This document shows, piece after piece, positions 32,471-45,523 of a stretch of DNA of 64,000 nt (position 1 is its first letter; every line of letters begins with the position of its first letter). Under the pieces are notes generated by a model. The model had not been told where the DNA came from, did no database searches, and worked only from the letters and a program-made list of their open reading frames with translations. The stretch comes from an uncultured delta proteobacterium (GTDB lineage Bacteria > Myxococcota > Myxococcia > Myxococcales > Anaeromyxobacteraceae). Both the position numbers and the translations under genes were made by a program. The stretch spans positions 160,001-224,000 of the forward strand of contig CAVYBH010000015.1 in NCBI GenBank assembly GCA_963766715.1, read 5' to 3'.

Positions 32471-33850
32471 TCAGTCCTTCGAGACGTACCAGCCTCCGGG
32501 GACGAGCGCGTCGGCCTCGGGCGGCCCCCAGGTCCCCGGCGCGTACTCGTGGATGGGCGTATCCGCCTGGATGGCGGGGTCGACGATCCGCCAGGCCTCC
32601 TCGACGTAGTCCTCGCGCGCGAACCGGAAGGAGTCGCCGCGCATGGCGTCGCCGAGGAGCTCCTCGTAGGGCGGCAGCTCGCCCTGGAGCCCGTGGGTCA
32701 GCTCCAGCTCCACCGCCTCGGCGGACGAGCTCCCGGTCGGCCACGGCGTCGCCCTTCTTGATGAGGGCGCCGAGCGCGATGGCGAAGTCGGGGCTGAGCC
32801 GGAAGCGGACGTGGTTCGCCGGCAAGGCCACCCCCTCGACGATGGAGGGCGGGCAGCGCAGCCGGACCACCACCTCGGTCCGCGTCACGGGCAGGCACTT
32901 CCCGGCCCGGACGTAGAAGGGCACGCCCTGCCAGCGCCAGTTGTTCACCTGGAGCTCGAGGGCGACGAAGGTCTCCACCGTCGAGCCGGGCGCCACGCCC
33001 GGCTCGCTCCGGTATCCGCGGAACTGGCCGCGCACCATCCGCGGGGCGAGATGGCCGGGATGCCCTTCAGCACCTTCACCTTCTCGGCCCGCACGGTCTC
33101 CGCGTCGTGGCTGCGCGGCGGCGGCTCCATGGCGACGTTGGAGACGATCTGGAGCAGGTGGTTCTGGACCACGTCCCGGATGGCGCCGGCCTTGTCGTAG
33201 AAGGCGCCCCGCCCCTGGACGCCGAAGTCCTCGGCCATGGTGATCTGGACGCTCTCGACGTAGTTGCGGTTCCAGATGGGCTCGAGGAAGGTGTTCGCGA
33301 ACCGGAAGAAGACGACGTTCTGGACCGTCCCCTTCCCCAGGTAGTGGTCGATGCGGAAGACGTTCGACTCGGGGAAGTGCTCGTGGAGCGTGGCGTTCAG
33401 CTTCCGCGCCGAGGCGAGATCGCTGCCGAACGGCTTCTCCACGACCAGCCGGGCCCCTTGCGAGAGGCCGGCCCGGGCCAGCTGCCCGCCCACCAGGGCG
33501 AAGATGCCCTGGGGGATGGCCATGTAGTGCACCGGCAGCCGCGCGCCGCCGAGCTCCTTCTTCAGCGCCTCGAAGGTGGCGGGGTCGGCGTAGTCGCCGT
33601 CCACGTAGCGGAGGAGCGACAGGAGCTTCGGGAAGGCCTCGCGGTCCACGCCGCCGCCGTGGGCCGCCACGCTGTCGCGGGCCCTCGCCTGGAGATCGGG
33701 GAGCTTCCAGCCGGACCGGGCGACGCCGATGACCGGCACCCGGAGCTCGCCGCGCCGGACCATCCCCTGGAGCGCCGGGAAGATCTTCTTGAACGCCAGG
33801 TCGCCGCTCGCCCCGTAGAAGACGAGCGCGTCGGCGGGCGCGCCGCTCAC
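32471..33850 (-). CDS. zwf: Glucose-6-phosphate dehydrogenase (frameshifted)
   Basis: [43 protein letters not shown]. Confidence 0.93.
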
Positions 33851-34861
33851 GGCTTCTTCTCCTCGTGGCCGCCGAAGGCCTGGCGCATCGCGCAGAGGAG
33901 CTTGTCGGCGTAGCCGGCGTTCCCGCGGGAGGAGAAGCGCTCGTAGAGCGCCGCGGTGAGCACCGGCGAGGGCACGCCCTCGTCGATGGAGGCCTGGATG
34001 GTCCAGCGCCCCTCGCCCGAGTCGGAGACCCTGCCCGCGAAGGCGGCCAGCTCCGGATCCCGGGCCAGGGCGCCGGCGGTGAGGTCGAGGAGCCAGGAGC
34101 CGATCACGCTGCCGCGGCGCCAGACCTCGGCCACCTGGTCGAGGGCGAAGTCGTACTGGTAGTGACCGGGCTCGCGCAGCGGGGTGGTCTCCGCGTCGGC
34201 CACCTGGTCGTGCTTGCCGATCCCCGCGTGCCGAAGGATGTTCATCCCCTCGGCGTAGGCGGCCATGAGGCCGTACTCGATGCCGTTGTGGACCATCTTC
34301 ACGAAGTGGCCCGCGCCGGACGGCCCGCAGTGCAGGTAGCCCCGCTCCGCGGTGCTGGGCGGGCCCGGAGCGGCCGGGCGTGCGCGGGGCGTCGCCCATC
34401 CCGGGCGCGAGCGACGCGAAGATCGGGTCGAGGCGCCGCACCACCGCCTCCTCGCCCCCGATCATCTGGCTGTAGCCGCGCTCGAGTCCCCAGACCCCGC
34501 CGCTCGTCCCCACGTCCACGTGGTGGATGCCCTTCGGCGCGAGCTCCCTCGCCCGGCGGATGTCGTCGACGTGGCTGGAGTTGCCGCCGTCGACCAGGAC
34601 GTCCCCCTCCTCGCAGCAGGGGGACCAGGTCGGCGATGGTGCGGTCGACCATCGCGGCCGGCACCATCATCCAGATCGCCCGGGGGCGCGCCAGCTTCGC
34701 CACGAGCTCCGCGAGCGAGGACGTCCCCACGGCCTTCTCCGCGGCGAGGGGCGCCACCGCGGCAGGCGACCGGTCGAAGACCACGCAGTCGTGCCCGGCC
34801 CGGAGCAGCCGGCGCACCATGTTCGAGCCCATGCGTCCGAGGCCAATCATCCCGATCTGCA

Positions 34862-34862
<1 letters not shown>
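33847..34862 (-). CDS. gnd: Decarboxylating 6-phosphogluconate dehydrogenase, short type (frameshifted)
   Basis: [47 protein letters not shown]. Confidence 0.92.
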
Positions 34863-36491
<1,629 letters not shown>

Positions 36492-36495
<4 letters not shown>

Positions 36496-37577
36496 GGCGC
36501 CTTCCCGGCGGCGGCGGTCTTCTGCGCGATGCCGGCGAGCAGCTCGTTCCAGGACTTCACGAAGGCCTTCGCGCCGTCCACCTGGAGCTGCTCGGCCAGC
36601 GCGTCGACGTCGACGCCGGCCCGGGCGTGTCGGGCAATGACCTCCTCGGCGTCCCCGCCGTCCGCGGGGAGCAGCGCCCCCACCTGGCCGTGGTCGGCGA
36701 AGGCCAGCAGCGTGCCCTCGGGCATGGTGTTCACGGTGTACGGCGAGACCAGCGCCTCGATGTAGAGCACGTCGGAGGCGGCCGGATCCTTCGTCCCGGT
36801 GCTGGCCCAGAGCAGGCGCTGCGGGCGCGCACCCGCGTTCAGGATGCGGCGCCACCTGGGCGTGTCCTGGAGGGCGCAGGCCGCCGCCCAGGTGCGCCGG
36901 GCGATGGCGATGCCGAGCTGGTTCTTCAGGTCGGGCGGCACCTTCGAGGCCACCGCCCCGTCCCAGCGGCTGACGAAGACCGAGGCCACCGAGCGGACGT
37001 CGGCGTCGAGGCCTGCGGCGATGCGCCGCTCGATGCCGCGCAGCCACGCGTCAGCCGCGGCCAGGTACTGCTCGCGGGAGAAGAGCAGGGTCACGTTCAC
37101 CGGGATGCCGGCGAAGGTGGCCTCCTCGATGGCGGGCAGTCCCTCCCTCGTTCCCGGGATCTTGATGTGGAGGTTCTTGCGGCCGGCGCGGGCGAAGAGG
37201 TCCTTCGCCGCCGCCAGCGTGCTGGCCGTGTCGTAGGCGAGCAGCGGGGAGACCTCCAGGGAGACGTAGCCGTCCACGCCCCCCGTCCGCTCGTGGACGT
37301 CCCGGAAGAGGTCGGCCGCCCGGGAGAGGTCGTCGAGCGCCAGGTCGAAGAAGAGGGCCTCGCCGGTGCGCCCGGCCTTCAGCCCGGCCTGGATGGCCAG
37401 GTCGTAGGCGGAGCTCTTCTTCAGCGCCTGGTCGAAGATGGTCGGGTTGGAGGTGAGCCCGGTGACCGAAAGCTCGTCGATGTAGCGCTTCAGGGTCCCG
37501 GACGACAGCAGGTCCCGGGTCATGTTGTCGAGCCAGATGCTCTGGCCGGCGTCGTGGAGTCGCTTCGTCGCCTTCAT
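36492..37577 (-). CDS. tal: Transaldolase
   Basis: [47 protein letters not shown]. Confidence 0.95.
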
Positions 37578-37740
37578 CGGTCACCTCGCTGGGGGAGGCG
37601 GTAGCTTAATGCCCAAACGAGCGGGCGGCGAGGCGTCTCCGCCCCGGGAAACCGCGAGGGTCGAGACCGGTCCTCCGGCTGATCGGGGCGGGACCCGAAG
37701 GGGAGCTTCCGCTTCCCCGTCCCGGGGCTAACGTGGAGGG

Positions 37741-38559
37741 ATGCGCACCGCAGTGGTCACCGGGTCCCAGTCCGGCATGGGCCTGGCCATTCGACAGGAG
37801 CTCGAGTCGAAGGGCTGGCGCGTCCTGGGCGTCGACCTCCCCGGCAAGGGCGCCGAGGTGACCGCCGACCTCTCCAGCGAGGCGGGCCGGTCCGCGGCCG
37901 CGAGCGCGCTTCTCGCCGCCTCCGGTGGACGGATCGAGGCGGTCGCCGCCAACGCCGGGGTCGACGTCCCCAAGCCCGAGCTGGTCTTCGGCCTCAACTA
38001 CTTCGGCGTGGTCGACCTGCTCCGGCTCCTCCGCCCGGCGCTCGTCGCGGCGGGCCGATCCCGCGTCGCCGTGAACGTCTCCAACGCCATCTTCATCACG
38101 CCGGGCATCCCGGCCGCCCCGGTGCAGGCGCTCCTCGACGGCAACGCCGTCCGGGCGGTCCGGCTCCTCGAGGCCCAGCCCGCGCTCGCCTACCCGGTGA
38201 GCAAGCTGGCCTTGGCGCGCTGGATCCGCGAATCGGCCCCGTCCGCCGACTGGGCCGGCTCCGGGATCTCGATGAACGGGGTCTGCCCGGGCGCGGTGAT
38301 GACCCCCTTGCTCGAGCGCGACCTCGCCGACCCGCGCAAGGGCCCCTTCATCCGCAGGCTCCCCCGGCCGCTGGGCGAGTTCACGCCGCCGCAGGCCGTG
38401 GCCGAGCTCTTCGAGTTCCTGCTCTCGGAGCGGGCGCGCTTCCTCGTCGGGCAGCTCATCTCCATCGACGGCGGCAACGAGGCGGCCTGGCGCGCCGGCG
38501 ACTGGCCTCGGGCCTGGGACATGGAGCCCCAGGCCTTCCGGCGGCTGATCGGCGCCTGA
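37741..38559 (+). CDS. SDR-family oxidoreductase (3-alpha-HSD/carbonyl reductase-like)
   Basis: VTGSQSGMG, NAG, NYFG, YPVSK, CPG, IDGG. Confidence 0.85.
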   Translation: MRTAVVTGSQSGMGLAIRQELESKGWRVLGVDLPGKGAEVTADLSSEAGRSAAASALLAASGGRIEAVAANAGVDVPKPELVFGLNYFGVVDLLRLLRPALVAAGRSRVAVNVSNAIFITPGIPAAPVQALLDGNAVRAVRLLEAQPALAYPVSKLALARWIRESAPSADWAGSGISMNGVCPGAVMTPLLERDLADPRKGPFIRRLPRPLGEFTPPQAVAELFEFLLSERARFLVGQLISIDGGNEAAWRAGDWPRAWDMEPQAFRRLIGA

Positions 38560-38583
38560 GCCACGCCGCCGCCCGGGGCGGCG

Positions 38584-39306
38584 TCAGGCGAGGTTGTGGA
38601 ACACCCGCTGGACGTCCTCGTCCTGCTCGAGCGCGTCGATCATCTCGAGGACCTCCTTCGCCTGCTCCTCGGGCAGCGTCACCGGATTCTGCGGGATGTA
38701 CTCCAGCTCGGCGGAGAGCACCGGGAGCTTGCGCTCCTCGAGCGCGGCGCCCAGCTGGCCGAAGTTCCCGAAGGCGCAGCGGAGGACGAGCTGCTTCTCG
38801 CCCTTCTCCCCCGTGCCCTCGCCCATCTCCTCGAGCCCGTGATCGATGAGCTCGAGCTCGAGCGTGTCCTGGTCGATCCCCTCCGGCGCCAGGCGGAAGA
38901 CGCCCATCTTCTGGAACTGGAAGGCGACGCTGCCGGTCGTGCCCAGGTTGCCCCCGTGGTTCTTGAAGCCCACCCGGACGTTGGCCACGGTGCGGACCAC
39001 GTTGTCGGTCGCGGTCTCGACCACCACCGCGATCCCGTGCGGCCCGTAGCCCTCGTAGAGCACCACCTCGTAGGCCTGCTGATCCTGGCCGCTGGCCCGC
39101 TTGATGGCGGCCTCGACCTTGTCCTTCGGCATGTTGGCGCCGCGGGCGTTCTGAAGGGCGCGGCGGAGGGAGGAGTTGTCCTTCGGGTTCGGCCCCCCGG
39201 CCTTCACGGCGATGGCGATGTCCTTGCTGATGCGCGTGAAGACCTTCGCCATCTTGTTCCACCGGGCGAACATGGTGGCCTTGCGGGTCTCGAAGATGCG
39301 TCCCAT
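38584..39306 (-). CDS. yebC: YebC/PmpR (TACO1) family protein
   Basis: [41 protein letters not shown]. Confidence 0.9.
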   Translation of the reverse strand: MGRIFETRKATMFARWNKMAKVFTRISKDIAIAVKAGGPNPKDNSSLRRALQNARGANMPKDKVEAAIKRASGQDQQAYEVVLYEGYGPHGIAVVVETATDNVVRTVANVRVGFKNHGGNLGTTGSVAFQFQKMGVFRLAPEGIDQDTLELELIDHGLEEMGEGTGEKGEKQLVLRCAFGNFGQLGAALEERKLPVLSAELEYIPQNPVTLPEEQAKEVLEMIDALEQDEDVQRVFHNLA

Positions 39307-39379
39307 AGCAGGGGCGGATATCGCACCGACGGCCCCCCGCGCAAGCACCGCGTGCGCTACCATCCCGGCCGGGGCCACC

Positions 39380-41591
39380 CTGAACCTCTACACCCGCCAG
39401 CGGCTGGGCGTCGTCGCCCTCCTCGCCACCCTCATCGCCGTGGCCGGAACCCTTGCGTTCAGCTACGCGGAGACCACGGCCGCCCACGCGTGGGCCACCA
39501 ATACCCTCGAGTTCCAGGCCCAGGTCACCGCCTTCCGGGTCTGGGTCCAGCGGGGGACGAGCGAGGCCCTGGGCTCGTTCCTCGGCCTCCCCCCGATCGA
39601 GGCCGGGACCCTCCAGGGCGACCGGGTCCGGGCCCGAGCCGAGCTGGTCTCGATCCGGGCCTTCGTCGCGGGCGACCCCGACCAGCTGGCGCGCGTGGAC
39701 GAGCTCTCGGCGCTCCTCGATCGGCGCATCGCGCTCGAGGACGCCGCCATCGACGCCTTTCGCGCGTCCGGCTCGGAGGCTGCGGCGGCGGTCCTCGCCC
39801 GGAGCGACTGGTGGCGTGACCGGCAGCGCCTCCAGACGATCACGTCGGCGATGATCCGGCGGGCGCACGAGGACTTCCAGCGGCACGAGGCCGGGTACGC
39901 TCGACGATGTTCCGCGTGCGCATCGCGCTGCTGGCCGGCCTGCTCCTGATGGCCGGGACGCTGCTCTTCCTCATGCGGCAGCTCCAGGCGGCGCAGAGGG
40001 GCCGGGAGGAGGCGCTCCGGGCGAACGAGCTGGCCCGGCAGCGGCTCGCCGACCTCGAGGCCGTTCTCGAGACGGTCCCGGCCGCGGTCTTCATCGCGCG
40101 GGACGCGGAGTGCCGGGACGTCCGGGGAAACCGGTTCGCGGAGGCGATCCTCCGGGCGCCCCGCGAGGCCAACCTCTCCCTTCCGTTTCCCCGCGAGCTG
40201 GGGCTCCTGGGCGTCCGGTTCGTCCGGAACGGCGCAGGAGGTGCCTTTCCGGGAGCTGCCGCTCGACGTGGCGGCGCGGACCGGCAAGCCCGTCGAGAGC
40301 CATCACCTGGACGTGATCACGGCGGACGGGAACTCGCGCCACGTGCTGGCCACCGCGGTCCCCCTCCTCGACGCCGCCGGCGCGCCGCGCGGCGCGGTGG
40401 GGGCCCTCGTCGACGTCACCGACGTGGTCGTCGTGGCGCACGAGCTCCGGGCCGCGCTGGAGCAGAACCGGACGCTGCTCGCCTCGGCCCGCCGCAGCGA
40501 GCTGCTCTACCGGGAGATGGCCCGCAACTTCCCCAACGGCGCCATCGCCCTCTTCGATCGGGACCTGCGCTTCCTGGTCTTCGACGGGACCCAGTTCGCG
40601 CTCCGCCGGGCCCCGGAGGCCAACGTGGGGAGGACGCTCGCCGAGATCTTCCCGCCGGACCTCGCCCAGCGCCTCGCGGGAGTCCACCAGGACGCGGTGG
40701 CCGGACGGGAGGGGCGCGTCGAGGTGGAGATCGCCGGGCGCACCATCGAGATCCGCTCCAGCCCGGTCCGCGACGAGACGGGCGCGGTGATCATGGGGAT
40801 CGCCGTCTCCCAGGACGTCACCGAGGAGCGGTCCCTGCGCGCGCAGCTGGCCGTCTCCTCCCGGCTCGCGTCGCTGGGCACGCTGGTGGCCGGGGTGGCG
40901 CACGAGGTGAACAACCCGCTGGCCGGGACGCTGGCGAGCCTCGCCACGGCCATCGAGGATCAGCGGGAGATCTCGCAGACGCCTGCGCGGCGCTGGCGCC
41001 GTCGACCGCGAGGGGCTGGCGGCAGCCTCCGACGAGATCGTGGAGATCCTCCTCGACGCCCAGGTGGGCGGCGATCGCATCACCCGGATCGTGAAGGACC
41101 TGGCGCTCTTCGGACGTCCCAACCCCATGCGCACCCGGGTCCGCCTGGGAGACGTGGTGACGGCCTCCATGCGCTGGCTTCCCTCGTCCGTGGGGCGGGC
41201 CGCCACGGTGCGGGTCGACGACCTCGGTGCACCCGACGTGCACGCCTCGGCCGGGCAGCTGGAGCAGGTGGTCGTGAACCTGGTCACGAACGCCGGCTTC
41301 TCCATCCCGGACGGGCGCCGCGGGGAGATCGACCTCCGGCTGTCCCGGTCGGACGGTGGACGCGCGGTGCTGGAGGTGACGGACAACGGGGCGGGCATCG
41401 ACGCGGCGACGATGGAGCGGATCTTCGACCCGTTCTTCACCACGCGGGACGTGGGCCAGGGCATGGGGCTCGGCCTCCCCATCTGCCACGCCATCGTCAC
41501 CGCGCACGGCGGGACGCTGACCGCCGTGAGCGTCCCCGGCGAGGGCTCGACGTTCCGGCTGGAGCTGCCGGCCCTGTCCCCGGTGGAGTGA
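39380..41591 (+). CDS. Sensor histidine kinase (TM-CHASE3-like-TM-PAS-PAS-HisKA-HATPase); several frameshifts, start approximate
   Basis: [18 protein letters not shown]3-like segment; two PAS-like segments; [31 protein letters not shown]. Confidence 0.8.
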
Positions 41592-41621
41592 ACGCCGGCT
41601 ATCTCCTATAGTGGAGCGATC

Positions 41622-42101
41622 ATGTCCGGCCCCATCCTCCAGGCCCTCGACGAGAGCTTCCCCGAGGTCTGCTGGGGACAGCCGGAGACCGAGATCCAGG
41701 CCGCCTTCCCGGGTGGCCGGATGGAGCCCGGACGGTCCTACGCCGTCGAGCACTGCCTGGTCGGATACCCCTACCCGCTCGTCCTGATCTTCACCTTCGA
41801 CCGGGGGCTGAGCGCGGTGGCGGTCGAGTACCCTCGCAGCTTCGACCTGGCCACCGGCGACATGCAGCTGCCCGGGCGCATGGTGGCCGAGAGCATCTAC
41901 CGCCACCTGTCCGCGCTGCTCATCATCGCCTTCGGCGGCGCGCCCCTGCCCGTGGCGGAACCGCTCGTGGCCGAGCGAGGCGACCAGGTGCTCGCCGACC
42001 ACACCTGGACCACCCGGGAGTCCGTGGTCCGGATCGAGTTCAGGCTCCAGTCCGGGCTGGGGCGGGTCCACGTGGAGATGCGGGCCGCCACGCGCCCCTG
42101 A
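41622..42101 (+). CDS. Hypothetical protein
   Basis: 159 aa ORF with RBS-like GGAG and GC3-biased codons; no recognisable motif. Confidence 0.6.
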   Translation: MSGPILQALDESFPEVCWGQPETEIQAAFPGGRMEPGRSYAVEHCLVGYPYPLVLIFTFDRGLSAVAVEYPRSFDLATGDMQLPGRMVAESIYRHLSALLIIAFGGAPLPVAEPLVAERGDQVLADHTWTTRESVVRIEFRLQSGLGRVHVEMRAATRP

Positions 42102-42213
42102 TGGCGCGGCGCGCCATCCGGTTCGTGCCGGCGCCAACTGAAGCTTGCCTCGCCCACCGCACGGTGTAGAAAGGTCCGACCATTTCATCGGATTCCCAGG
42201 AGGGATCTCCACC

Positions 42214-42864
42214 ATGCGTAATACACTCAAGGTCCTCGTCGCGTCGGCCGCCCTCGCGGCGGCCGCACCCGCCGTCGCCCAGTACACCTTCACCCAGCCC
42301 GGCCAGGCGCCGCAGCCGGTGCAGCAGCTCCAGATCTGGAACAACGTCGCCCGCATCAACGTGGGCGTGAGCTTCTTCAACTCCGGCTACTTCAACTGCT
42401 ACTACTACGGCGGGTTCTACCCGGGGTACTCCTGCGGCTCGGGAACGGCCGTGAGCTACATCCCCTTCACGCTCGGCGCCCAGGTCGACTTCAACCTGGG
42501 CGGGATGAACAACATCAGCCCCGGCTTCAACGTCTTCATGGGCACCGCCACCGCCACGCTCTACTCGGGCACCCTCGCCCAGAGCGTGTCGAGGAGCGCC
42601 ACCATCTGGGAGCCGACCCTCGACTACGTGGCCAAGTTCGGGCCCCCCACCCAGGACACGGTCGGCCGTTTCCGCGTCGGCGCCGGCATGTACATCGGCC
42701 CCAACTCGAATCTCGGCGGGGCCTTCCGCATCGGCGGCGGCGCCTCGTTCTTCAATGCCAACCGCCTCGGCATCGGCCTGGACCTCGTCCTCGAGGGCGG
42801 CGGCTACCAGGGCTACTGGATCGGCGGCCTGCAGCTGGTCGCCTCTCCCGAGTTCCACTTCTAG
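42214..42864 (+). CDS. Secreted, probable small outer-membrane beta-barrel protein (paralog A)
   Basis: Signal peptide ending AVA-Q; alternating beta-strand pattern; C-terminal Phe (SPEFHF). Confidence 0.7.
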   Translation: MRNTLKVLVASAALAAAAPAVAQYTFTQPGQAPQPVQQLQIWNNVARINVGVSFFNSGYFNCYYYGGFYPGYSCGSGTAVSYIPFTLGAQVDFNLGGMNNISPGFNVFMGTATATLYSGTLAQSVSRSATIWEPTLDYVAKFGPPTQDTVGRFRVGAGMYIGPNSNLGGAFRIGGGASFFNANRLGIGLDLVLEGGGYQGYWIGGLQLVASPEFHF

Positions 42865-42887
42865 CCGCACGCCTTCCCGTTTCACCC

Positions 42888-42930
42888 GAGGCGCACCGAG
42901 GCGAGAGCCCGGTGCGCCTTTCCATTTCCG
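42888..42930 (+). terminator. Intrinsic terminator after paralog A
   Basis: AGGCGCACCG...CGGTGCGCCT stem followed by TTCCATTT. Confidence 0.65.
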
Positions 42931-43038
42931 CGTGGTCCCTTGGGTTCCCTCCCCACCCACCCCGAGAGTGACGCCGGATCGACCCGGACAGGGAGTACAG
43001 ATGGAGGGTTCTCCCGGGCTCCTAGGAGGGAGCCTCAC

Positions 43039-43683
43039 ATGCGAAACGCTCTCAAGATCCTGGTCGCGTCCCTGGCCGTAGCGACGGCCGCCCCCGCAGT
43101 GGCCCAGTACACCTTCACCCAGCCCGGGCAGGCCCCGCAGCCGGTGCAGCAGCTCCAGGTCTGGAACAACGTGGCGCGCGTGAACGTGGGCGTCGGCTTC
43201 TACAACTCCGGGTTCTACAGCTGCAGCTACTACTACCCGTACTACAGCTGCGACTCCGGGTCCTACACGAGCTACATCCCGTTCATGGTCGGCCCGCAGG
43301 TCGACCTGTCGCCTGGGCGGAATGAACAACATCAGCCTGGGCTTCACGGTCGCGTTCGGCAACATCAACACGAGCTACTGCTCGGCCCTGGCCTCTGCAC
43401 GTCCGCTTCCAAGAGCGTGACCCTCTGGGAGCCGACCATCGACTACGTGGCCAAGTTCGGGCCGCCGACCCAGGACACGGTCGGTCGCTTCCGCGTGGGC
43501 GGCGGCATGTACATCGGCCCCGACTCCAAGATCGGCGGCGCGTTCCGCATCGGCGGCGGCGCCTCCTTCTTCAACGCCAACCGGCTCGGCATCGGGCTCG
43601 ACCTGGTCCTCGAGGGCGGCGGCTACAACGGCTACTGGGTGGGCGGACTCCAGCTGCTCGCCTCGCCCGAGTTCCACTTCTAG
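43039..43683 (+). CDS. Secreted, probable small outer-membrane beta-barrel protein (paralog B); compensating frameshifts near 43308 and 43388
   Basis: Framework nearly identical to paralog A (QYTFTQPGQAPQPVQQLQ; DYVAKFGPPTQDTVGRFRVG; SPEFHF). Confidence 0.7.
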   Translation: MRNALKILVASLAVATAAPAVAQYTFTQPGQAPQPVQQLQVWNNVARVNVGVGFYNSGFYSCSYYYPYYSCDSGSYTSYIPFMVGPQVDLSPGRNEQHQPGLHGRVRQHQHELLLGPGLCTSASKSVTLWEPTIDYVAKFGPPTQDTVGRFRVGGGMYIGPDSKIGGAFRIGGGASFFNANRLGIGLDLVLEGGGYNGYWVGGLQLLASPEFHF

Positions 43684-43706
43684 CCAGGCGGCTCCAGGCT
43701 TCACCC

Positions 43707-43746
43707 GAGGCGCATCGGCCCGTCGCCGGTGCGCCTTCGTCTTTCC
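43707..43746 (+). terminator. Intrinsic terminator after paralog B (homologous to the one after A)
   Basis: AGGCGCATCGGC...GCCGGTGCGCCT stem plus TCGTCTTT; same TTCACCCGAGGCGCA lead-in. Confidence 0.65.
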
Positions 43747-43758
43747 CGCGAGTCCGGT

Positions 43759-44316
43759 TCAGGGCTCGAGCTGGATCCCGCCGGCCAGCTCGGGGTGCTT
43801 CCCGACCATGCCGGCGTAGGCCTGGCGGATGCGCGCCATGTCGGCCTCCCGGTCCCCGCTCAGCGTGACGTACTCGCGGATGCCGACGACGCGGGTCCGG
43901 TAGTCGATGAAGGCCAGCCCCACCGGGAGCCCGGCGGCCAGCGCCAGCCGGTAGAACCCGGACTTCCAGTGTGGCACGTGGGCCCGGGTCCCCTCCGGCG
44001 CGATGGCGAGCCACATCCAGTCGCGCCGCTGGAACTCGGCCAGGAGCTGCCCGATGAGCCCCGTGCGCTCGCGCCGGTTCACCGGGATGCCGTTCATGCG
44101 CCGGAGCAGCCCGCCGACGGGCCAGCGGAAGAGGCTGTCCTTCCCCACCCAGGAGAGGGGCAGCCCGCTCGCCAGCTTGTACAGGTAGCCGATGGGGAAG
44201 TCCCAGTTCGAGGTGTGGGGGTAGACGACGATGATCCCCTTCGGCCCCGGGAGCGGCGCCAGCGCGGCCTTCCAGCCCACGAGTCGCAGCATGGCGGTGG
44301 CGAGGGCGGCGATCAC
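43759..44316 (-). CDS. PlsC-like lysophospholipid acyltransferase
   Basis: PHTSNWD, GIPVNR, APEGTR, WKSGFY. Confidence 0.88.
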   Translation of the reverse strand: MIAALATAMLRLVGWKAALAPLPGPKGIIVVYPHTSNWDFPIGYLYKLASGLPLSWVGKDSLFRWPVGGLLRRMNGIPVNRRERTGLIGQLLAEFQRRDWMWLAIAPEGTRAHVPHWKSGFYRLALAAGLPVGLAFIDYRTRVVGIREYVTLSGDREADMARIRQAYAGMVGKHPELAGGIQLEP

Positions 44317-44334
44317 CGTGTCATCCTACGCCCC

Positions 44335-45502
44335 GTGACCCAGGCCTTCACGCCTTTCACGCTCGGCTCGCTGCGGCTCCGCAACCGCATCGTGAAGCCC
44401 GCGACCTTCGAGGGGATGTGCCCGGGCGGCCGGGTCTCCCCCGCGCTGGTCGAGCACCACCGCGCGGTGGCGGCCGGCGGCGCGGCCCTCACCACGGTGG
44501 CCTACGCCTCGATCTCGCCGGACGGGCGGAGCTACGCGACCCAGCTGACGATGGAGCCGGACGCGGCCCCGGGACTGCGCACCCTCGTCGACGCGGTCCA
44601 CCGGGAAGGGGCGGCGGTCTCGCTCCAGCTCGGGCACTGCGGATACTTCGCCGACCGGCGGCTGGTGGGCGGTCGGCCGCTCGGCGCGTCGCGCCGATTC
44701 AACACCTACGGCCTCTCCTTCGCGCGCCCGGCCACGGAGGCGGACCTGGCCCGGGTGGTGGCCGACTTCGCCGCCTCGGCGCGGGTCGCCGCCGGCGCGG
44801 GGCTCGACGCCGTCGAGCTCCACTTCGGCCACGGGTACCTGGTCTCGCAGTTCCTCTCCCCGTTCACGAACCGCCGCACCGACCGCTGGGGAGGGAGCCT
44901 GGAGAACCGGGCCCGACTGGCGGTGGAGGTGCTGCGCGCGGTGCGCGAGGCGGTGGGCCCGGACTATCCCGGTCCTCCTCAAGGTGAACCTGCGGGACGG
45001 GTTCCCGGGCGGCCTGGAGGTCGAGGAGGCCATCGAGGTGGCCCGGCGCCTGGAGGCCGAGGGGGCCACCGGTCTCGTCCTCTCCGGCGGCTTCGTCTCC
45101 CGCACGCCGCTCTACATGCTGCGCGGCGAGGTGCCGGTGCGGCAGATGGCGGCCGTGCAGGAGCGCTGGTGGGCGCGGGCGGGGCTCACCCTCTTCGGGC
45201 GGCTCCTGGTGCAGGCCTACCCGTACGAGGAGGGGTTCTTCCTCGAGGAGGCCCGGCGCGTGCGGGCGGCGGTGCGGCTCCCGCTCGTGCTCCTGGGCGG
45301 CGTGAAGTCGCTCGCGGTGATCGACCGCGCGCTCGACGACGGGTTCGAGCTGGTGGGGATGGGGCGCGCCCTGCTCCACGATCCGGCCTTGCCTCGCAGG
45401 ATGGAGCGGGGCGAGGTGACCACGTCGGGCTGCGTCCCCTGCAACGAGTGCATCGCCGAGATGGATCGGGGCGGCGTGCGTTGCACCCGCCCCGGACGCT
45501 GA
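44335..45502 (+). CDS. NADH:flavin oxidoreductase (Old Yellow Enzyme family); frameshift near 44970
   Basis: LRNRIVKPAT, QLGHCG, DAVELHFGHGYLVSQFLSP, NRRTDRWGGSLENR, C-terminal CVPCNEC. Confidence 0.88.
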
Positions 45503-45523
45503 CCCGGCCGGCTTCGCCCGCCC

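Noticed and set aside
42214..43683. Diversity-generating retroelement TR/VR pair
   Set aside because: No reverse transcriptase in the window; differences include indels and are not adenine-specific; both copies look like full genes
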